Positions 33,771 to 42,892 of a DNA stretch of 42,892 nt are shown here, piece by piece; the stretch's first letter is position 1; each line of letters begins with the position of its first letter. This stretch comes from Octopus bimaculoides. Its lineage: Eukaryota. The stretch spans positions 81,562,162-81,605,053 of the forward strand of contig NC_068981.1 of NCBI RefSeq assembly GCF_001194135.2, written 5' to 3'. Both the position numbers and the translations under genes were made by a program. The notes beneath the pieces were generated by a model, which saw only the letters and a list, made by a program, of their open reading frames with translations, was not told where the DNA came from and searched no databases.

Positions 33771-34909
33771 TGTTAAACATACACATATGTATGTACATTT
33801 AAGTGTAGGTATATGTATTTATGTATATTTTTGTATATGTATGTATATGTAAAAGTATGGATATATGTATGTATTTATATTTATGACTTATCCTTAATTA
33901 AACTTACTTTGCAACACCTGTGCATATTTATCAGCTTTGTTTTTGTTGATAATTCTTATCAACAGCTTTTCCTGTGATTGTGATTTGAGAAGACATACAG
34001 CAGTATGCTAAAGATCAGACATACTCTCTTGTGGGCAAGAAATGTAAACAAAGTGAACAACGTAAACACTGTAATTTAATAGCTTTTAATGAGATACCTG
34101 TTAAACAGAAATTTATTTAATGAAAATTTAATAACATCTAATCATAAGTAAGTTGAATTATACTAAATACAACTAAATTGAAAACCTTTTTCCCTTGGCC
34201 GTATTGGCAATTCTGAAAACTTTTGGGTGTGAATTTTACATGAGTAGAAGCATTTTTTAACAATTTTTATCTTGAAAATCACCTTCGTAAATTGTACAAG
34301 TGCGCAATTACATGGGTTTTAATGTTTTATATATATATATATATAAAACATATTTTACATTAATTTGATATCATTGTATTGGCACATGCTTTACAGTTTC
34401 ACTTCTGGAAGTTCACTTGGTACACTGAAATTAAAACAGCTAAGCAAGCTGGTTTATTTTAATTTTATTTTTCAGCTTATTGCTGCCCCTTACATATGTG
34501 ATGATATAATTTAGTCAAATTTTATTCAGTCCCGCTGTTTTCATCACCTCTCTAACTTGAATTCTCTTTCCTTCTCTCCCATTTATTAATCTGTCAATCT
34601 TTCTTACATGTACAACTTTTAATTTCTATTGTAAGTTTTAAATTTCACCACATCCAATCTCTCTCAGTCTATATGCTTCTGCAGGTACTTTTAATTTTGG
34701 TTGGAAATTTCCAATTCACCTCTCTCCTAGAAATCTTTGTGGAGGACAGTCTATTTGTGCCGTCTGAACTGAATCTTGTTTCATATCCCTCCTGCCCTTC
34801 ACTACCACCTTAAAGGAGGTTTGGGTGCATGCGCACATGTTGATGTTCATGTATGTTTGTTTACCCTGCTCATGTATGAGTCTGTTCATTGGAGAACTAT
34901 GAGTATATA

Positions 34910-36085
34910 TTGGGTCATCCCATAAATAATGTGGTTTTTTCAATTGCATGAACTAAAAGTTGCATGAGGATGGGATAAACTACCTGCATCAACTTGCTAT
35001 AAAAGCAGGTAGTAATTTTAACTTGTACTTATTCTTAGTGCAAATTTTTAAAGAGTGCAGTTCGATTTTAAGTTATTTTTTGAAAGTTATAATGGAAGTG
35101 ACAAAGGAGCATATTCGGCATATTTTGCTTTATGAGTTCAATAAAAGCAGCAATGCAATGGAAATTGCGAGGAATATTAATGAAGTATATGGGGATCAGA
35201 TAATAAGCATAAGCCAGTGTCAATGGTGGTTCCAGAAATTCTGAGCTGGAAACTCTAGCCTAGAAGATGATCCTCATCCTCGAAGATCTGTAGAGCTTGG
35301 CGAGGACGTCCTGCAAACCCTGGTGGAACAAAACCCCATAACTGTTGAGGAACTAGCAGAGAAGCTTGAATTTGATCACTCAATCATTTATCGACATCTG
35401 CGTACCTTTGGAAAAGTTGGTAAATTGGTTCCTCACAAACACTCTGATTCTAATCATGTGCAGAGGATGGATGTGTGCTCTTCTTCGCTCTCACAGCTCA
35501 CAAATGAACCTTTTTTGGACCGAATAGTGACTGGTGACAAGAAATGTGTTCTCTATAAAAATGTCAAACGCCAAATATGGTAGAGAAGGAAGAAACACTA
35601 GCACCCCAGACTAAAGGTCTTCACCCATATAAGGTGTTGTTATCTATTTGGTGGGATATGAAAGGTTTAGTTCACTTTGAACTTTTAAGCCCAAACCAAA
35701 CAATAACAAAGGAGATCTACTGTGAAAAGCTTGAGTGGGTTAAGTCAGTGCTAAAAGAAAAATGATAATCTTTGGTTTCAAGATGAAAGGTGTTCTTTCT
35801 TTCATCAGGATAATGCTCAGCCACATACAGCGAGGATGACATTCCAAAAGCTGGAGCAGTTTCAATAGGAAATGATGCCCCACCCACCATATTCACCAGA
35901 CATTGCCCCATTTGATTATCGTTTATTCTGCAGTCCTCAAATTCATTTGGACGGAAAAAATATGAATTCTGTAGACGAGGTCAGAACAGTACTGAAGGAG
36001 TATTTTTCGTCATGGACAAGTGAATTTTGGAAGAGGGATCTTGCAAGTCTACATGATAGATTGCTTTATTTATGGGATGATATAC
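34910..36085 (+). mobile_element. Near-full-length mariner (DD34D) element, transposase pseudogenised
   Basis: TA-TTGGGTCATCCCATAAATAA left TIR, partial right TIR TTATTTATGGGATGA (36066-36080). ATG at 35092. IVTGD, HQDNA and HPPYSPDIAPFD with 34 residues between the last two Asp. In-frame stops, a frameshift and a truncated C-terminus. Confidence 0.93.
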
Positions 36086-36094
36086 TTATCATGT

Positions 36095-36305
36095 GTATAT
36101 ATATTTGTGTGTCTATGTTTGTCCCCCCAGCATCACTTGACAACCGATGCTGGTGTGTTTACGTCCCTGTAACTTAGTGGTTCGGCAAAAGAGATCTATA
36201 GAATAAGTACTAGGCTTACAAAGAATAAGTCCTGGAGTCGATTTGCTCAACTAAAGGTGGTGCTCCAGCATGGCCACAGTCAAATGACAAACAAATAAAA
36301 GAGTA
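36095..36305 (+). mobile_element. SINE family A 3' half
   Basis: gtccccccagcatcacttgacaaccgatgctgg...gtcaaatgacaaacaaataaaagag. Confidence 0.85.
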
Positions 36306-37179
36306 TAGATTATTTTCAAACTTAGAAATTTTGTTTGTACCTAGAATAACAAAGGCTTAATAGCAGCATATCTGTTACACATAAATATATTTTTAAAAAA
36401 TGTTTATAAACCATAATGATAGATTCTAATTAAATAATTACTAAATAATTTTAATGAGTGAAATTTTTTTAATTTTAATGTTTTTATATGTACATATTTT
36501 AATACATAAAAAGAATAATAAAAATTAAGATGAAATCACAAAGAATCAAACGTTTTTATGCTTAATATTTTTGACAGAGTGTTTTCCAAAATATTTATTG
36601 GATTCAAATAATAATATTCTCTTAAAATGACAAAAAAACCTTTTGATTTATCAACTTTTTTCGTCACTTAAAGCCACACATTTTTTCGTAGCTAATATTT
36701 TTAAACAACGTTTCATAGAAATAACATTATCTTCAACCTGAACAAAACAATCCACAAACACAAGACACACTATATACAGTAAATATCCAATGAAATAAAT
36801 TACCACCAGCAGGCTCTTACCCAACGCATTACGCACACAACACAATACAAACACTAATACAAGCTTAATTACTGCTTGCTCTGTACTTTTCAAGGTTCAA
36901 TACTTATGAATATTTTAGGATTCTGCATCTGGATTTTTCATTCTAGTCCACTTCTTTTACAGGCAACGCTTCTATTATTATATTTAGTTATATTTACGTT
37001 TATAATTGAAAACAATACCTTATAAAAAAAATACTGATGCAATACAATACCGAGAAGAGTTTGCACACTCCTAACAACAAAAAAGGACACAATGTTGCAC
37101 ACACCCCAGCAACACGGAGGTGTAGCAGGTGATGCAGAAGAAATTTGCCTGAAACCACTAAATGATAATAATAATAATT

Positions 37180-38299
37180 ATAGAAAAACTAATACAAATA
37201 GCCACAAAACACAAACTAAACAAAAAACTGTTTTCAGTTTTTAAGGAAGCTGACATATATAAAAATGAAGTCATAATACCTAACGACTACAAAGGAAAAG
37301 AAGAAACAACAAAAGCTGTAAAACAAGTGAAATCCAAACTAAAACTGGAAGAGCAACGAATCATGATAAACGATGGCAAGAAAAGCCCCTTCATGGCAAA
37401 TCCTGGGTTAAACTAAACGCAAATGAAATAGACAAAGCAAAATCTCAACAGTGGCTGAGAAGCTCAGGACTCAAAGCAGACACTGAAGGATTTTTAATTG
37501 CAGCATAAGACCAAAGNNNNNNNNNNNNNNNNNNNNNNNNNNNNNNNNNNNNNNNNNNNNNNNNNNNNNNNNNNNNNNNNNNNNNNNNNNNNNNNNNNNN
37601 NNNNNNNNNNNNNNNNNNNNNNNNNNCCCCCCGAAATTATCAAAAACATGTAATGAAAAGAAATACTAAAACGGCAGAATATGTGGAGATGGACAAGAAA
37701 CAATAAATCACACTGTCTCTGGCTGCCCAGTCCTGGCTAAGAGGGAATATATTCACAGACACGACAGAGTTGGAAGCTATGCCAACTCTATGAAATAACA
37801 ACAGAAAAAAGATGGTATAGGCACACCCCAGAAAAGGTCATAGAAAGCGAGAAAGCAACCATACTATGGGATATGCCAATACACACAGATAGAAAAATTA
37901 AGGTCAATAGGCCGGATATAGTTGTCAGAGATCATCAAGAAAAAATGCTTTCTAATTGATATATCAATACCAACAGATGACAATGTTTCTAAATGAGACG
38001 GAGAAAGTTTCAAAATACAAAGACCTGGAAATAGAGGTAACTTGAATGTGGAGTCTAAAAACAGAAACAATTCATATCATTCTAGGCGCATTAGGTATGA
38101 TAAAAAAAATATTCAGACAAATACATAACAAAAATACGTGGACTAGAAAATAGCACTACTGGACACCGCACACATCCTACGTAAAACACCTTCAATATGT
38201 AAAAATAAAACCATCACAACAAACCACAGCATTTACCCAAGGCACACAGAGCTGCGCTCAGTAGTGCAGTGAAATCATCTGATAAAAATAAGACTACTG
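37180..38299 (+). mobile_element. R4/Dong-clade non-LTR retrotransposon, 5'-truncated (gap 37517-37626)
   Basis: WQEKPLHG, WLRSSGLKADTEGFLIAA*DQ, HTVSGCPVLAKREYIHRHD (CCHC knuckle), ILWD, NRPDIVV, LIDISIPTD, EKVSKYKDL (restriction-like PD-(D/E)xK endonuclease). Confidence 0.9.
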
Positions 38300-38527
38300 A
38301 ATAATAATAATCTTTTCTACTCTATGCACAAGGCCCGAAATTTTGAGGGAGCTGGGGTCCAGTTGAGTAGATCGACCCCAGTACGCAACTGGTACTTAAT
38401 TTATTGGCCCTGAAAGGATGAAAGGCAAAGTCGACCTCGGTGTAATTTGAACTCGGGGTGTAGCGGCAGACGAAATACCACTAAGCATTTCGTCTGGAGC
38501 GCTAACGATTCTGCCAGCTCGCCACCT

Positions 38528-38529
<2 letters not shown>
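38300..38529 (-). mobile_element. SINE family C copy with (ATT)n tail
   Basis: Reverse complement taaggtggcgagctggcagaatcgttagc...gactttgcctttcatcc...gtagaaaagattattattatt. Confidence 0.85.
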
Positions 38530-38565
<36 letters not shown>

Positions 38566-38599
38566 TTAGTAGTACTGCTGCTGCTACTACTACTAATGA

Positions 38600-40420
38600 T
38601 AATGTTTTCTTTATTGACTACTAAATTTTTGCAGAAACATTAGGGACGGTACAGGACAATGCAATGTCGGGTTACATAAAACCATGTAAAAATTAAAAAA
38701 CAGTAACAATAAAAAATTTGAATTAATAATTACTCAGAAAACGGAGATTTCCTAGGGCTGCTCAAGGAAATCCCACAAAATCACGGTCGCCCTAACCACC
38801 TGGGCAAGTGTCTTCTTCACATCTTTCTCCTTCAGCTGACAGGCGCATACTTAGAGTAATCCCGTTCACTAGGACCATTCTTGCAACATTTACCTAACTT
38901 TTAACAAAATTGCTGGGAGGCAGTACTTCTCACTCTACCCTCTTTCACTAAGACTATCAGCACAAGAAACACTGTCTGTCCTTCGTAGTGAACTCATCCA
39001 AGAGCTAGATCCATCCTACACGTGACAGTAGGTGTTAGACATAAACCCACAAGTCAGCCATACTCGAGCCCTGGACGTGTGTGCAGAAGTTTCGTCGCCC
39101 TGTGCGCCTCTCTGGCAAGCCTGGCTGACGGTACTTCCACGCCTGTAGAGTTTATCCCGAACCAGCAGTGCCCCCAATCCTGGCAGCACTGCCAGGCCAA
39201 GGATTTCTGGAAATTATCCAATGATTCCGGCCCAAAAGTTCTCCGGAACAGACCAGCCAGATGATTCTCGTCGTTTCTCTGAGAACGTCATTGTACATGT
39301 CTACCACTAACCCTGTATAAACGCCAGAGTGGACCTTCCACCGACCGCATTGCCTGACTGACAGAGCACTGTGAGCATCTGATGACATTCTAGGAGCCAG
39401 GCGCCCTACTTCGGTCTACGCTTGATCCAGGACTGCAGTTTAGTCAAAGAGACGAGCTGCCGAAAATCCTGTCCGACAAATGGCAACCAAACCTGTTCAC
39501 CATCAAGGAAGCGTTGGGGATGTAGCCTCAGCACATGTCTGTGCATCAGTAACCACGGCATGCCCAGCCATCCATTCAGTGGTTTTTGACAGCAAATGGA
39601 GCGCCTGACCAGTGGAATGTGTCCCTTCCGCAGAAAGCGGAAGAGTATGCGCTCCAGTTTGGTCAGACATAAATTGGGGCAAGGCATAACGGTCAGGTGG
39701 TAATATACAATAGAAGCGATACAAGCATTCACTATCTCTACCCGACCTTTCAAGGATAACTTTCAGCCCATTTCTGGCTAAGATCATCTCGTCCCAATTC
39801 TCAATCTGGAGATCTGGACAAAGAAAAACAACAAAAAAAAAACAGACCTCGAGCAATTTAACCAGTCCCTCCGTCCAGCCTCCCATGACATTATTGGACG
39901 ACATGGACTTGATCTCCAGATGTCATGCTGCAGGCCCACTAATTAATTTTTGCTCCTGTCACTACGTCGTATTCTGGTGTTTGACAGTATTGCTATGACA
40001 TCATCTGTGTATGCTGACACAGTTCTCCCACGTCCTAGTTCGTGCGGGATACCTCTCAACGCTTCCCGTTTCCTCAATAGTGGCTCTAGAACCAGTACAC
40101 ACAGAAGAGTCGCCATTACGAAGGCAGTCCATCGCTACTGTTCACATTCAAGACCATCAACTTACCTTCTGGGTCCAGGAAAATAGTTTCCGGACCAACA
40201 CCGCAGTTCCACCATTTCCGGTTGACATGGAGATAAGTAAATCTCGAAACCACCGAAAATGGGCATGAATGCTTGTCGGTCGGAGAGCTTGGTTTCAATG
40301 ACAGCCACTACAGCTAAACTTCGTGACCTGACGTCATGGAGTAGGTTGCCCAGTTTCCAAGGCAACCTAAGGCCACGTACATTTATGCAGTCTATTCAGA
40401 TCAAGACTATATTTGTCAGA
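38600..40420 (-). mobile_element. Tx1/L1-clade LINE, internally deleted and decayed
   Basis: Minus strand: INVRGL...IETKL (APE N-terminus), VSAYTDDV (YADD), KGRVEIVNACIASIVYY...GWLGMP, LDNFQKSLAWQC, 3' AATAAA at 38610-38615. Confidence 0.85.
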
Positions 40421-41032
40421 GAGACGAAGGAGGAACGGAATCACTTACTCTATTTCTGTAGAGAGAAGTGTTCTGTCCTGACAATTTGTGGGTGTCTCCA
40501 CAAACATTTCCTTGTTGAGCTTTTTATTTATGGTTCCACGGGAAGCTCCTATTATTTTGCTTTCAGGTTGTATGTATTCCCATGTAAAATTTTACGAGAA
40601 AGACGATGAGTTACATAAAATTTACTTTCCATTGCGATTAGGGGGCTTAAAGTGAGGCAGACGCTCCCTGTGAAATTTGAAATTTCAAATACCTCCAATT
40701 TCAATGAAAATAAAATAACTACTAGGTTCTAAATAAAGACGATTTCCAAAATTTCACCATCTTCCAATATTATTTAACCCCACTAATGGGGTTTATAACA
40801 CGGGATGCATTTGAAAGTGCAAATACATCCACTTTTCATGGAAGATACATGGAATTTATGTATGTGTTCTTGGAATAAGTGTACTACAAAACTTCAACAA
40901 TGCATATCTCATTATAGACTTTGCAACGTAATTTTATGCATTAGAAAAGGAATATTTTAATAAGCAAAACATACTTAGTTTACCATATCACCGTCAGTCC
41001 GAACACCTGTCTCATCAGTTGAGTGTATGCCA

Positions 41033-41124
41033 ATACAACGATCGACAGTGAGTAGCTCTGTGTCTAAAGAATGTATAATTATATATTCTTTAGACACAGA
41101 GCTACTCACTGTCGATCGTTGTAT
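41033..41124. repeat. 92-bp near-perfect palindrome
   Basis: 41033-41072 is the exact reverse complement of 41085-41124. The central GTATAATTATAT also self-pairs apart from one G/T. Confidence 0.95.
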
Positions 41125-41619
41125 ATATATATCTATCTATCGTTGTATATATATATATATATAATAAAAATAAGCAACAAGGATTTCCAGAGGTAATGCA
41201 GTACGATCATTTCAACCAACTCCATTTAATTGAACAATGCAATCATTACATCAGTTTAAATGCAGAGCAATCCTCAGCTGCATAAAGACAGAATTTAATT
41301 AAATTAAAACAGATGGACACATTAGTATAATTTTACCTAAAATTTCCAAGAAGGTAAGGAGATAGACAAAGAACATGCTGCCTTCACTTCCACTCAGAAG
41401 CTACTAAGGTATCAGGAAGAAAGACTTGTTATAGATTTTGCTTGTCACTGTTTTATGGGGTCAGTTTTAATTTATAGACTAGTTTATCAAATCTTTGTAT
41501 ATCTAAGTCCAAAGAACAAGGAGTAGTGCCTGCTAGGAAGGGGACTGAGGAAGTTAACAGAAATCATAGTGAGTATAGTCATAAAAGACTATTAAGATTT
41601 ATTTGAAGCAATATAATGA

Positions 41620-42740
41620 GCTTTGGTAAAGGAAATCTTAAATCAAGATGTTAGCTGACAAAGGGGCAAGCCAATAGTAGACCATTGATATTGAAACAGG
41701 GAAAATCTTATGTGGTACTATAGTAAAATATTTTAAACAATATTGTCATATTGTATAAAGTTAAAGTTTAGGGTTATTCAGAAGATTATTGAGAAGAATA
41801 TTATAACAAAAGGATAAAAAGTGTTTTTGAATACTTTTGAGTATATACCAAACTTTTACCACAATAGAGGGAGGAAAAGAAATTATCTAGAAATAGTTTA
41901 ATATTTATACATATTATATACTTAAATACTAACTTATCAGATGGTATCAGTGAATATTGATCAATTGGTATTTACCGGTATTTAATAAAGGAGTACTGAG
42001 GTAAAAGAACATGCTAACTATATATTAATTAAATTATAATCTAAGCAGTTTATTTTAAGTAGTGAATATACCAGTATTATTTTATATAAGCTAAGTATGA
42101 ATTTATAGAGGTACAAAAATTAGATTTATTTTATAAATAAATAAAGGCTATTATAAAATAATCAGGTAGGGCAGAACACCAGAGAAAAGGAATAAAATGA
42201 CATAATCACTAAAAACATGATAAAGTGTATACCTTATTTACATCAATAGAGAAGATTTATAGAAAATGTATAATAATTTAAGTATACTAACTAAAAATTA
42301 TTTATATACTTATTTAGCTAGTATCAATAAAAACTGATACCTGGTATTAGTTAAAGGAACATGGATGTTATAGGACATTCTAATTATATACTAATTTTAA
42401 AACTAAGAGGTATATTACAGATTTTAGAAGTTATTGTTACTCAATACATGATATTTATAGTTTCCTAAGGGTACTTATTGTGGTAAGATTTGGTATATAC
42501 TCAAAAGTATTCACAGAAATTTTATCCTTTTGTTATAATATCATTATTGATAATCTTCCTGACTACCCTAAATTTTAACTTTATATAATATGGCAATATT
42601 GTTTGAAATGGTCTTTTGAAATTACTTGATTTATCCCTTTTCTTAAAGTGCTCTCTACCCTCCTGATCTTAGTATTTACAAGGGCCTTTATAAGTAGCCT
42701 TTCTATATAAGGTGCCTCAACTTAAGTACCATATTCATCT
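41620..42740 (+). mobile_element. Possible highly decayed Penelope-like RT
   Basis: Ordered partial motifs: MLADKG, DKVYTLFTSI, KGTWM (cf. GTAMG), IPFLKVL (cf. LPFLD). Many stops and frameshifts. Confidence 0.45.
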
Positions 42741-42751
42741 GAATCTCCCTC

Positions 42752-42752
<1 letters not shown>

Positions 42753-42816
<64 letters not shown>

Positions 42817-42847
42817 GTCTGTCTCTGTCTGTCTGTCTGTCTGTCTG

Positions 42848-42892
<45 letters not shown>
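42753..42892 (+). repeat. (CTGT)n then (CT)n microsatellite running off the window end
   Basis: Read directly. Confidence 0.95.

Noticed and set aside
34910-36085. Domesticated or active mariner transposase (SETMAR-like)
   Set aside because: In-frame stops (e.g. 35242-35244), a frameshift, a damaged TGDEKW motif and a deleted C-terminus.
36300-37160. ORFs 36651..36893 and neighbours as a separate gene
   Set aside because: No recognisable motif or splice-consistent partner exons. AT-rich, probably decayed repeat.
40960-41030. Second hammerhead candidate on the minus strand (CTGATGA-GACAG...CTGAC, complement of 41011-41018)
   Set aside because: Stem II has a mismatch and the required GAAA is replaced by GGTG. 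At most a decayed PLE terminus.

Overview
AT-rich, repeat-dense eukaryotic genomic DNA with five assembly gaps. The SINE, RTE and microsatellite content suggests an octopus or other coleoid cephalopod; this is inference. The only host gene I can support is a + strand folylpolyglutamate synthase (FPGS) homologue. It has 12 coding exons (E1-E12, 3386-30678), all GT-AG and phase-consistent, that splice to 1536 nt = 511 codons + stop. The exon carrying the start codon was not identified. Introns and the 3' flank are filled with tRNA-derived SINEs (at least four families), RTE, CR1, R4/Dong and Tx1/L1 LINE fragments, Penelope-like (PLE) remnants, mariner/Tc1 and piggyBac-type DNA elements, and mini/microsatellites. 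The most unusual items are: (1) a tRNA-headed SINE whose tail carries a hammerhead-ribozyme-like core, one insertion of which is a TSD-bounded inverted double copy like Penelope insertions; (2) a 23-bp hairpin minisatellite of splice-donor look-alikes just after FPGS E5; (3) a near-perfect 92-bp palindrome; (4) substitutions in normally conserved FPGS C-terminal motifs. No prokaryotic genes, CRISPR arrays, rRNA or intact tRNA genes were found.
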